A stretch of 63,970 bases of DNA, the filler included, from Reclinomonas americana ATCC 50394 (lineage: Eukaryota), in the NCBI GenBank assembly GCA_048213135.1. It is 11 parts of 6 records of this genome, joined end to end, with 100 filler letters (N's around TTAATTAATTAA, not from the genome) between each part and the next. Parts side by side here need not be neighbours in the genome. Positions count along the whole stretch, not along the records: positions 46,085 to 51,504 come from PS015739.1; positions 51,605 to 56,324 come from PS015739.1; positions 56,425 to 63,970 come from PS015739.1; 8 more parts are not named here. One strand, written 5' to 3'. The number at the start of each line of letters is the position of its first letter. The stretch's first letter is position 1. The notes under the pieces are model-generated. The model saw only the letters and a program-made list of their open reading frames with translations, made no database searches and was not told the origin of the DNA. Shown here piece by piece: positions 49,720-61,678 of the stretch. Made by a program: the position numbers and the translations under genes.

Positions 49720-52214
49720 TCATCGCGCGACCAGGGCATTGGCGCGTCGCAGCTTCTCCTTGAGGGCGCTGTGCAATTAACAACAAGGCAACAACAAGCA
49801 GAACAACATTACTTGTCAGCTGCGTGAAAGAGAGCGACTGCGACAGGGGAATTGTTTCGCACCGGATTTGGCTGAAAATGGCGGTAAGCAACTGCTTGAC
49901 TTGGGCCAGCAGTTTGGTGCGGCCGGCAAAGCAGTCGCGCAGCTCAAAGTACCGTCGCTGGGAGTAGTCGTTGAAGGCGTGCAGAGCTTGGATGTCGCTC
50001 TGCATTTGCTGGTAGCTGCGAAACGGGAGGAAACGGTCGGAATAATGTGTGCGAAAAGACAAGGAGCGTTCAGGTACAACGCAACGTTTCCCACTGCAGT
50101 CGCTGGATGCGGAGCATGGCGTCGTCCTGGATGATGGTGTCGAGAATGTGCGAGACTGCTGCGGCACCGGGTCCGACAGCGGGCGGGGCGAATTCGTCTG
50201 TGTGCACAACAACGCGATCAGCATGGTGGTCACAGGTCGGTCACACGCAGAACGGGGCGGCCACCACACCTTGCTCCAGCGACGATGGTTCGGCCGTGTC
50301 GTCGGTAGTCATGTGATCCGCAGGCTGTGGCGGCGGAACGGACGTTTGCCCGCGATTGGGTGGTGGTTCGGCGGCTGCCGATGCCGTGGCCGCAGCAAAC
50401 GATGCGGCAGCGGCGGAGAGTCGCTCGCGTTCAGCAGCTGCCGCCTGTTTCTTGGCAGCTTCGGCGGCGGCTTCGGCTTCTGCTGCTGCGGCGGCGGCAG
50501 CGGCCTCGGCCTCGGCTTTCGCAGCCGCCTCGGCAGCCGCGGCTTGTTCGCGCGCACGCGCGGCGGTCATCTTGCGATGTTCGAGCTCGGCCGGGTTCTC
50601 CTGCGCGCCCTGCTGCATCCGGCGCAATTCCTCCAGCGTGTAGCCGCGTCCTTTGGAGTTACGCTTGCCATCGGTGGCGGTGGTGGTGGTGGCGGCTGCA
50701 GCAGAGGCGGAAGGTGTGAATGAAATTGGCGCGGCGCGCGCAGGCGGCTGAAATGCCGAAGCGGGAGCTGAAGCAGCAGCAGATTGAGCGGCAGCAGCAG
50801 GAGCAGGTGGAGCAGGAGCCGGTTGTGCAACGGCGGGCAGCACAGAAGCAGCTGGCTGTGCCACGGCGACAGGCTGCGCCACAGCAACAGCAGGAGCTGG
50901 CGGAACTGAAGCAGCTGGCTGTGCCACCGCGACAGCAGCGGCAGGTGGTGGAACAGGCTGCGCCGCGGGTTGTACTGGAACTGGAGCTGGGGCTGGGGCC
51001 GGTGATTGCGCCAAAGCAGCAGCAGGAGCAGCGGCAGGAGCAGCGGCGGCCGGAGCAGCAGCAGCAGCAGCAGCAGGAGCAGCAGCAGCAGCAGCAGGAG
51101 CAGGAACAGCAGCAGCAGCAGGAACAGCAGCAGGAACAGCAGCAGGAACAGCAGCAGCAGGAGCAGCAGCAGCAGGAGCAGCAGCAGCAGCAGCAGCAGG
51201 AACAGCAGCAGCAGCAGAAGCAGCAGCAGGAGCAGCAGCAGCAGGAGCAGCAGCAGCAGGAGCAGCAGCAGGAGCAGCAGCAGCAGGGGCAGCAGCAGGA
51301 GCAGGAGCAGCAGGAGCAGGAGCAGGAGCAGCAGCAGGAGCAGCAACAGCTGCTGATGGCTGCGCTGGAGCAGCAGCAGGAGCAGCAGGAGCAGGAGCAG
51401 CAGGAGCAGGAGCAGCAGCAGCAGGAGCAGCAGCAGCAGCAGGAGCAGCAGCAGCAGGAGCAGCAGCAGGAGGAGCAGCAGCAGCAGCAGGAGCAGCAGC
51501 AGGANNNNNNNNNNNNNNNNNNNNNNNNNNNNNNNNNNNNNNNNNNNNTTAATTAATTAANNNNNNNNNNNNNNNNNNNNNNNNNNNNNNNNNNNNNNNN
51601 NNNNCAGGAGCAGCAGCAGCCGCTGCTACTGGCTGCGCTGGAGCAGGGCGGGAGCAGCAACAGCAGGCAATGCTGGAGCAGGAGCAGCGGGACTAGGAGC
51701 AGGCCGCACAACAGCAGGAGCAGCAGCAGGCGGCTGCGCTGCGGACACCGGCTTCGCATCTTCAATCACCACTGTCGTCGTCGCTGTCGTCGTCACCACC
51801 GCTGCCTCCTCCTCGTCCTCTGCCACCTCACCAGCAGCCTCCACAGTCTCCTCGTCATCCACTCGACTCTTCTCACCTGCCTCTTCCTCCTCCTCCTCCT
51901 GATGTTGAATGCTCGTCAAACACAAGTGACACACACACACATCAATCACACACGCATACCTCTATTGGTGGTGGCGGTGGTGGTGGTGGCGGAGGTGCTA
52001 GTGACGGTGCTGCCGGAGTCGCCACAGCCACTGACACTGGCGCTTTCACAGAGGGTTTCGGTGGCTTGCTCTCCACTGCGGGTTGTGGTGGAGGCGGAGC
52101 AGGTGCATCAAAGGAACGCGGTGTCAAGCCAAAGTCATCGTCGTCGATGACTGCCTGGCGCTTGGTGGCCTTGCCTCCTCCACTGCCACTCTTCTTCTTG
52201 CCTTTGCCACTCAT
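49720..52214 (-). CDS. KxDL-domain (KXD1/BORCS4-like) protein with very long Ala/Pro-rich linker; gapped
   Basis: C-terminus LHAFNDYSQRRYFELRDCFAGRTKLLAQVKQLLTAIFSQIRALKEKL matches the KxDL pattern. Start MSGKGKKKS. Confidence 0.65.
51010..51504. repeat. Coding (GCA/GGAGCA)n repeat encoding (A)nP on the minus strand
   Basis: CAG/GAG-CAG tandem array inside the KxDL gene; breaks the assembly. Confidence 0.9.
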
Positions 52215-52563
52215 CACACGCGAGAGCTCGAGGAATAAGTGAAGGGGACAGGACGCGCACTTGTTGGAGAAGTAAAGTAAGGTGCTGGCTGTGCAACGCA
52301 AGGTTAATAGAGTAGTCGATGTATCCAGTGTATGTGCCGGAGGGATGCCAGGTGCGTATCGGAGGGCTACTGGATGTGCAGAGATCGACGTACGCGTCAC
52401 ATGCAGTCAATCTGCAACTCTTACTGTGTCGCGTCTCCACAGCTGCCAAACAGGGTCCTAGGTGACCAGTACTGCAGGCAAGCATCTACACTCTCCACCA
52501 GAGCAGCAGCAGAAGTGAGGCAAGACGAACGAACGTCGGTCGTCCCTCTCCGTTTCGTGAGAG

Positions 52564-53263
52564 ATGCAGTCGACACGGGCGAACGGGCTATCGTCCTCCA
52601 CCGCCTCCTCCGCCTCCTCCCACTCCTCCTCCCTGTCGCTCTCAGCAGCGATGAGCAACGGAGGAGTTGTGCACAAGTCGGCGCCACTGGGCGACACTGA
52701 GCGGTCGCTGTTTCGCGCTGTGCTGGCCGACTTGCGACCTGTCTCGTTTGCGTCACTCACTTGCTGCTGCTGCTTCTCCTTGTCCTCCAGCTGCACTCAC
52801 TGCATCGCAGACGACCACTGGCATCGTCAGCATTGCATCGTCGCGCATTGCAACAGCAACAACAACAGTTGGGCGAAGAGCGCGTGGTGCGACTGCCTGC
52901 ACGTGCGCTGGAGACGGGCATTGCGGAGCAGTTGGCCGCGCTGACGTCATCGTCGTCGTCGTCGTCGACGGGGAGAAGCGGATACGCACCTGCACCGTTT
53001 CGTTGTCCACGATTGCTGCCCTTCTCACCACTGAGGAGGAAGAGCTCATGTGGTGTTTCGTCCGCAGAGCAATGCCAGTGGTGGAGGTACAGGAGAGTGC
53101 GTTGCGCGAGGCCATGGCGTCGCTGCTGGCCAAGGTCGAGGCTCGGCAACAGGAGCTTGTGCGGGGCATCATGGTGCCGTCGTCGGCGCCGATGAGCATT
53201 CCCGTGCAGGCTCCTCGCGGTAATCAGCACCACCATCATCACCATCACGACGAGGATGGTGAC
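52564..53263 (+). CDS. Hypothetical protein N-terminal part (inverted copy at ~53638-54343 minus)
   Basis: MQSTRANGLSSS...; later EEELMWCFVRRAMPVVEVQESALREAMASLL. Truncated by the gap. Confidence 0.4.
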
Positions 53264-54686
53264 NNNNNNNNNNNNNNNNNNNNNNNNNNNNNNNNNNNNN
53301 NNNNNNNNNNNNNNNNNNNNNNNNNNNNNNNNNNNNNNNNNNNNNNNNNNNNNNNNNNNNNNNNNNNNNNNNNNNNNNNNNNNNNNNNNNNNNNNNNNNN
53401 NNNNNNNNNNNNNNNNNNNNNNNNNNNNNNNNNNNNNNNNNNNNNNNNNNNNNNNNNNNNNNNNNNNNNNNNNNNNNNNNNNNNNNNNNNNNNNNNNNNN
53501 NNNNNNNNNNNNNNNNNNNNNNNNNNNNNNNNNNNNNNNNNNNNNNNNNNNNNNNNNNNNNNNNNNNNNNNNNNNNNNNNNNNNNNNNNNNNNNNNNNNN
53601 NNNNNNNNNNNNNNNNNNNNNNNNNNNNNNNNNNNNNATCACCGTCCTCGTCGTGATGGTGATGATGGTGGTGCTGATTACCGCGAGCAGCCTGCACGGG
53701 AATGCTCATCGACGCCGACGACGGCACCATGATGCCCCGCACAAGCTCCTGTTGCCGAGCCTCGACCTTGGCCAGCAGCGACGCCATGGCCTCGCGTAAC
53801 GCACTCTCCTGTACCTCCACCACTGGCATTGCTCTGCGGACGAAACACCACATGAGCTCTTACTCCTCAGTGGTGGTAAGGGCAGCAATTGTGGACAACG
53901 AAACGGTGCAGGTGCGTATCCGCTTCTCCCCGTCGACGACGACGACGACGATGACGTCAGCGCGGCCAACTGCTCTGCAATGCCAGTCTCCAGTGCACGT
54001 GCAGGCAGTCGCACCACGCGCTCTTCGCCCAACTGTTGTTGTTGCTGTTGCTGTTGCAATGCGCGACGATGCAATGCTGACGATGCCAGTGGTCGTCTGC
54101 GATGCAGTGAGTGCAGCTGGAGGACAAGGAGAAGCAGCAGCAGCAAGAGAGTGACGCAAACGAGACAGGTCGCAAGTCGGCCAACACAGCGCGCAGCAGC
54201 GACCGCTCAGTGTCGCCCAGTGGCGCCGACTTGTGCACGACCCCTCCGTTGCTCATCGCTGCTGAGAGCGACAGGGAGGAGGAGTGGGAGGAGGCGGAGG
54301 AGGCAGTGGAGGACGATAGCCCGTTCGCCCGTGTCGACTGCATCTCTATCTCACGACGGAGAGGGACGGCCGACGTTCGTTTGTCTTGCCTCACTTCTGC
54401 TGCTGCTCTGGTGGTGAGCGTAGATGCTTGCCTGCAGTACTGGTCACCTAGGACCGTGCTTGGCAGCTGTGGAGACGCGACACACTGACCAGTTGCATGT
54501 TGATTGCATGTGACGTCGATCTCTGCACATCCAGCAGCCCTCCAATACGCACCTGGCATCCCTCCGGCACATACACTGGATACACCGACTACTCTCTTAA
54601 CCTTGCGTTGCACAGCCAGCACCTTACTTCTCCAACAAGTGCGCGTCCTGTCCCCTTCACTTGCATTCCTCGAGCTCTCGCGTGCG

Positions 54687-55427
54687 ATGAGTGGCAAAGG
54701 CAAGAAGAAGAGTGGCAGTGGAGGAGGCAAGGCCACCAAGCGCCAGGCAGTCATCGACGACGATGACTTTGGCTTGACACCGCGTTCCTTTGATGCGCCT
54801 GCTGCTCCACCTCCGCCTCCACCACAATCCGCAGTGGAGAGCAAGCCACCGAAACCCTCTGTGAAAGCGCCAGTGTCAGTGGCTGTGGCGACTCCGGCAG
54901 CACCGTCACTAGCACCTCCGCCACCACCACCGCCCCCACCAATAGAGGTATGCGTGTGATTGTGCGTGTGTGTGTGTGTCACTCGTGTTTGACGAGCATT
55001 CAACATCAGGAGGAGGAGGAGGAGGAGGAGGCAGGCGAGAAGAGTCGAGTGGATGACGAGGAGACTGTGGAGGCTGCTGGTGAGGTGGCAGAGGTCGAGG
55101 AAGAGGCAGCGGTGGTGACGACGACAGCGACGACGACAGTGGTGATTGAAGATGCGAAGCCGGTGTCCGCAGCGCAGCCGCCTGCTGCTGCTCCTGTTGT
55201 TGTGCGGCCTGCTCCTAGTCCCGCTGCTCCTGCTCCAGCACTGCCTGCTGTTGCTGCTCCAGCGCAGCCAGTAGCAGCGGCTGTTGTTGCTCCTGCTGCT
55301 GCTCCTGCTGCTGCTGCTGCTGCTCCTGCCGCTGTTGCTGCTGCTCCTGCCGCCGCTGCTCCTGCTGCTGCTGCTCCTGCTGCTGCTGCTCCTGCTGCTG
55401 CTGCTGCCGCCGCCGCTGCTCCTGCCG
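54687..55427 (+). CDS. Second copy of the 5' part of the KxDL/Ala-Pro-rich gene
   Basis: MSGKGKKKSGSGG... with the same intron position as the minus-strand copy. Confidence 0.55.
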
Positions 55428-56542
55428 NNNNNNNNNNNNNNNNNNNNNNNNNNNNNNNNNNNNNNNNNNNNNNNNNNNNNNNNNNNNNNNNNNNNNNNNN
55501 NNNNNNNNNNNNNNNNNNNNNNNNNNNNNNNNNNNNNNNNNNNNNNNNNNNNNNNNNNNNNNNNNNNNNNNNNNNNNNNNNNNNNNNNNNNNNNNNNNNN
55601 NNNNNNNNNNNNNNNNNNNNNNNNNNNNNNNNNNNNNNNNNNNNNNNNNNNNNNNNNNNNNNNNNNNNNNNNNNNNNNNNNNNNNNNNNNNNNNNNNNNN
55701 NNNNNNNNNNNNNNNNNNNNNNNNNNNNNNNNNNNNNNNNNNNNNNNNNNNNNNNNNNNNNNNNNNNNNNNNNNNNNNNNNNNNNNNNNNNNNNNNNNNN
55801 NNNNNNNNNNNNNNNNNNNNNNNNNNNNNNNNNNNNNNNNNNNNNNNNNNNNNNNNNNNNNNNNNNNNNNNNNNNNNNNNNNNNNNNNNNNNNNNNNNNN
55901 NNNNNNNNNNNNNNNNNNNNNNNNNNNNNNNNNNNNNNNNNNNNNNNNNNNNNNNNNNNNNNNNNNNNNNNNNNNNNNNNNGCACTCATCCCTGCCTTCC
56001 TCTATCCGAGAGTGCATGGAAGGTGGCTGCTGCTCTACAGTATGCGAGAGCTAGCCCCAGCCGCACACAGAGTGCACGTGAAAAAAGAAGGAAAAAGAAG
56101 TACAATACACGTGATATGAATGAGTGGACTCACGATCGCCGCCTGGGGAACGAATGCCTGCTGAGCACCGTCGGTGGCGCCGACAGCACAGCTGCACTCA
56201 GCTCATCGTCCTCACGCCGACGATCGCGATCTGCTGCTGCTGCCGACAACGCCGCGGCCGGGGAACGCGGTGGCGAATCCCCAGACAACATGCTCACCGT
56301 GTCACTCGGACTGAGACTGAGACTNNNNNNNNNNNNNNNNNNNNNNNNNNNNNNNNNNNNNNNNNNNNTTAATTAATTAANNNNNNNNNNNNNNNNNNNN
56401 NNNNNNNNNNNNNNNNNNNNNNNNAAGAGGGTGGGAGAAAGAGTACGGAAACAGAGAGATGTGCAAGTCAACAGGCGGCTTGTGTGTCGACTGCACAACT
56501 CTGTAACGACGGTGACGGTGACAGTGACAGTGGATCCTGCGC

Positions 56543-59276
56543 TCAATCGGCTCCTCCGCGATTGCGTGGATGTCCGCGGTTTGGAGGTGGCGTCGAAGCC
56601 GACGCCGGTCGCTGTTGCACGTGTCTGACGCGGAAGGGTGAGCAGAGTGCCCAACTGTACATGTCACTGGGAGCAATACAATTCGACGCAACTGGCTCAT
56701 CTTTTGCACGGTGCGACTGAACTCCAGCACCGGAGGGGAACGCTCCAAGTCGGCCCACGTGCGCGACGCACCCGCCATCCTGCCGGCGCATCACATTGTT
56801 AAGTCTCAGCTCAGCTTCTTCGTGATTCACGAGCTACACACACCAGCCATCTTCGGTACGCGTCCGTCCCAACGAGGCGACCTCGGCACGCCTTCTGGCC
56901 AACTCCACACGCGGGCCCTCCAACGCTTGCTGGTACTCAACCGCGCTGGCTGGATCGTCGTCGGCGACAGTCGGCAAAAAGTGCACAGACACCTCACTGC
57001 TGCCACGCGCTGCACACCGCAACAGCGTGTGAGGCCAGCACAACTGACGCGCGTCACCTCTACGCCACGAACCAAACGAGGTGTGCTGCAGCACCGAGTT
57101 CAGGTAGCGGCGCACGTCTTGGTGGTGTGTCGACGAAGAGTAGCGATCGCCGCGGGTGCGGTTCATCAGAAAAGCTGTGGTGCCAGTCAGGTGTGCACAC
57201 CACACGACGAGCACACGGCGATTCAACGCAACAGACACTGGCACGATGCTTGGGAGGCACCTCAGAGAGCATGTCGGCGCGAATGAGGAGCCGCAAAACA
57301 GCGTCGTCCCACGGCTGATCGAGCACCACAAAGACGTGGTGGCAGGTGGAGAGCAAGAAAATGGCCAGTTGAAGCGACTGGCCAGCGACACGGATGTGAG
57401 GGCAGGGAAGGAAGCATAACACGCAGACGACCAGCTGCGACGCAACATGCAGTTCGACGACATTCTCCAGCGACCCAGCCTCGTCGATCAGCTCCACATC
57501 CCTCTTTAGCAGCGAGTACAGCAACGAGACACTCATCAGTGGCTGAGAGAGAGAGAGAGAGGGGAGAGAGTGAGATACATAATCTTTGCATGCGGGTTCA
57601 AGCACCTCACCTGTGAGTCCAACACAAAGAGACGATCGCGATTGATGCACATGTCGACACCGTCGGTGCCGTGCTGTGACGCCACCATGTCGGCGGCCGT
57701 CTGCATCTTGAACCACAACGAACGCTGCAATCACATCACAATGAGTGCGACGAGAGGCACGATCGAGAAAGATCCAGGCACACACACACACACACACACC
57801 GGCACATCGGCCAAGCAGGTGGCTACGAACGACTTGCCGCTGCCCTGTGCGCCGAGAACGCCGACAACCTGAAACTCGGTGTTTCTCTGGCTCACAAACG
57901 GTTTCCAGTGGTCACCCATAAAGTGCATGTCGCTTCCGATGAGACTTCGCTGTGCCAGTGGCAGCGACTCGCCGCTGACCCACACACGTGTCTGGCCGGC
58001 ATCGTCTTTCGTTACAGTCACAGGTGGCGACACGGCCGTGCCATGCACCTCTGCGAGAGGGAGAGTCGGATACGGAACAATGTCAATGTGCAAACACGCA
58101 CCACACACCCACCTCCATCAGCCGGCAACTCTTCCAAGTAGTCGGCATCGCCACCTGCCGCACCGGCTCCCAGGGAAGACGATGGCTGCAACGAGGCACC
58201 GCTGCCGCTGCCACTGCCACCGGCTGCAGACTGCGAGGCACCAGGTGGTCCTTTGCGAGCGCGTTGCCGGTCGCGTCGCGTCTGCTTCTTGGGCGACACC
58301 ATCGCATTCCCGGCACCACCTTCGGCGTTGCGCGACGAGGGGCGCGGAGGAACACGACCCATGCCATGCGGGCCTGGGTGCGGCACATTGGACGGCAGAA
58401 CGGGTCGCGGAGCAGCCATAACCGGTGGCTGTGGTGGTGGTGGCGGTGGTGGCGGCGGCGGTGGTGTAGGATCAGACACGGCAGCGGCCGCAGCCGGCGC
58501 TGCGAGTCACTGATGAGAGAAAGAGTCGTGGCAGCAGCGAAGCGATGCATACCAGGTGGTCGCGGAAGCACTCGTCGCATGGCGCCACCATCCTCGTCAC
58601 CAGCACCGGCAGCCGGCACTGCAGCATCAACCGGACGACGCTCCTTTCGCCGTCGCCCTCCACGCGCCAAGCCTGCACGTGCACGCCACACCATGAGCAT
58701 CGTCGACACGCATTCACCATTGCAACGAAAAAAAACACTCACCAGGCGGTCCTCGCATCGGCGGTGGCGGTGTCTGCGATGCCGGAGGAGGAGGAGCAGC
58801 AGGCATCGGCCTCGCAACAACCGCAGGAGCACTGGTGGGTCGGAACTCAGGCACCGCCAACAGCGACGCCACTGCCTCGGCATTCGCCTGCCCGAATGCA
58901 CACTCAGTCACCTGACCAAAACACTGAGGAGAACGCGCGCAAGTACCTCACGCTTGAGCAACGAGAACGCCGTCGAAGGCAGCGGCCGCATCATGCCCTT
59001 GTGCGAGAGAGAGAGAATGAGCAGCAGCAATCACACATGCACACACACACACGCGTACTCACTGATGATGCAGGTGGTTGAAGAGGAGGCGGAGGTGCTG
59101 CTCGTCGTCGCCGATAGTCGCCCTCACTATCCTCCTCGGCATCGTCCTCCTCGCGTCGCTGCCTGCCGCCTCCTCCGCGACCCACTGAGAATGCAATGTG
59201 AGTGAACATGGAGCACACAGAGAGAAGACAGAGGAGAAGACAGACCTTTGCGGCGCGCGGCCACAAGATCGCTCAT
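56543..59276 (-). CDS. SMG9: Nonsense-mediated decay factor SMG9
   Basis: FQVVGVLGAQGSGKS, HGTDGVDM..RLFVLDSQPLMS, ELHSLQLAIFLLSTCHHVFVV and TE..W...ASRTW..LERS, preceded by a Pro/Gly-rich N-terminus. Confidence 0.85.
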
Positions 59277-59326
59277 TGCGCGCGTGAGAAGAGGATGACA
59301 CAAATTTTCAAGTCACTCTCTTCGCA

Positions 59327-61418
59327 ATGTCGGATAAGGCGCGCTCACTGCCTCACTCATGCCACACACGCACATGCCCTCACTGACTTTGCTGTGTGTA
59401 TGCAGAGAGGCAGCTCGCTCAGCTCATTTCGCCCTGCGCCTGGGTCGCCTCGTCGCCCGAGTCCCTATGTCGGTGTCGACGAGTATGATCTTGTGAGTCT
59501 CTTTCTCTCGCCCTCTTACAAACACACACACACAGACACACAGTGCATGTGCTCACTGATGCACAGCCGTCGCCTGCAACATTTGTGACACGCGAGGCTC
59601 CGGCGAGATGCAAGGTGCTGATTTTGGCGCGATGTAACAAATGAGGATCACACTCTCATACTTGTTTTGTGTCTCTGTGAAAGGACTGGTGGGGCGCGCT
59701 GTTCTTTGTCGCTCAAGTGTCGCTGGTGATTGTGGCGGCCGTCAAGGGCGCCATTCATTTGCCTCTGCCCAAACCCGACACGCAGTACCCATGTTCGCCT
59801 TCATTTTCGTTCAGTCTCCGTTCCTTGCTCTTATGCGTCTGTTGTTGCGCACAGTTGATGTTACGCCGCAGCATGCGGGGCAGTACGCGTATGTACTGGC
59901 AGTGGTCGTCGTGCAAAGTGCAGTGCTGTCGGCGGTGTTTGTTGTGGCGTCGCACTTTGCCAGCAAGCTGCTGTTGTACACGTCGGGAATGATCTGCTTG
60001 TTCATCTACGGTGGCATCGGCATGCTGCTGGTGTTTGATGTCGAAAAGTACCGGCCGTACTCGGCGGTGCCGTTTGCCATTGGCGCCATTGTGCTGCTCT
60101 ACAGCTTGTACCTGTGCGCGCGTGTCGACCTCACGTGTCACTTGACGAAGATTGTCGGCGCCGTCTGTGTCAAGTTCCCGGCGCTGATTGGCTCGGCGAT
60201 TCTCGTGCTCGTGTTGCAGGTGTGTCTGCGAGTTAGTAGCGACACATGCATTCTGTGGCTGTGGCGACTCACTGTCTGCCCCCCGCAGCTGTCGTACTCG
60301 TGCGTGTTCCTGCTGTCGGTGTTCACGCTCACCGAGAGCAGCCTGCTGCCGGTGTTCCTGCCGCTTCTCATCATCAGCTTCCTGTACACGTTGCAAAGTG
60401 CGTCTCTCTCTATTCCCTCTACGCACCAACGAGGATCCCCACCCCTCTCTTTGGCTGTGGTGCAGCGTTCAGCAACATTCTTGTGGTGGTCGTCAGCGGC
60501 ACCATCGGCGCTCGGTTGTATGCTCTCGAGAGCACGCCCGGGAGGGTGCTGGGCAGGTACGTTCCGCTGTTTGCGTGCGTCAGGAGCGCAGTGGACCAAT
60601 GTCGTGCTTGCAGAGCTCTCGGCAAGAGTTTCGGCAGCATCTGCGTCGGCTCGCTCTTCAGTGGACCAGTGACCTTCTTCCACTCGCTCGGCCGGCTGCT
60701 CAGGTCTGTTGTCGCGCGCGCGCGCGCGCGCATGGGACAGCGGTGTGGCTCCGGTTACTCACCCCAGTGCGCCTGCAGATGCAGCAGCTCAAAGTGCTGC
60801 TGCTGCTGCCGATGTTCGGGGTGCTGCAGGTCGTGCGGCGAGTCGATTGCGCGCACCTTCAACCAGTACGCCTACGTGCATGTGGCGCTGTATGGAAAGG
60901 GATACTTTAGGGCGGCAAAGGACACGTGGGTCGCCATTAGCGAGTCCAATGTCGGTGCGGTCACCGCCTTTTGTCGCGCGCTCTCTCTGTGCCTTGGCTC
61001 ACCACTCGACAACGCAGACTCGATCATCAATCTGGTGAGCGTCAACATTCTGGCTTTTGTGTTCTCCATGAACGCCGCAGGTGTGCTCTTCCCCCCACCC
61101 CTCTCCACTCGTTTGATTCGTGTCGGCTTGGTGACCGCAGATTGATGTGCAGGTGCGGGCTTCTTGGTCGGCATGATGTGGACGAAATCGCTGTTCCCGG
61201 CCGCCGAGTCGCTAGAGTGGGCCGTCGTTGGCACTTGCGGAGCGCTGCTGGCCTTCTTTGTCTCCTACTCCATGTCGCGCATTATCACGGCCGGTGTGAT
61301 GACCACGTTTGTGTGCTTTGCTCACGACGAGAATATGGATTTGAGCGTGGAGGCACTTGGCGCACTGCGTTCTGCCATGCGCGAGCAGCAGTATACGAAG
61401 CTCATGTCGGGCAGGTGA
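59327..61418 (+). CDS. Choline transporter-like (SLC44/CTL/Pns1) membrane protein
   Basis: CKDWWGALFF, many TM exons, RALGKSFGSICVGSL, FNQYAYVHVALYGKGYFRAAKDTW and TTFVCFAHD. Confidence 0.88.
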
Positions 61419-61678
61419 GATCCAAGAGTATGCTACTGCTAACACACACCTTCAGTTCCTCACCGCGTTCGTGCACACAGAAACACCGAGTACGACGCCA
61501 ATGTGAATACGGTGGCATGAGGATGAATAACAAGAGTACAAAAGGAACCATGTTGTTATTTCTGTTCTCTTTTCCCATCATCATTCCCGACTCCACGGGC
61601 TGCGTGGTGAAAGGATGTTGAGTAAGCAGTGTGTGTTCAAGGCAGCAAAATGCTCAGGCAGTACCTGCATCACAACAA

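Larger units (their letters stand above)
51605..55427. repeat. Inverted duplication, arms ~51605-53263 and ~53638-55310 around an N gap
   Basis: Identical or near-identical peptides read on opposite strands (MSGKGKKKSGSGGGK..., MWCFVRRAMPVVEVQ...). Confidence 0.95.

Noticed and set aside
50567..51556. Poly-Leu, poly-Gln/Glu and poly-Ser ORFs
   Set aside because: Alternative-frame readings of the Ala/Pro-coding repeat in the KxDL gene.
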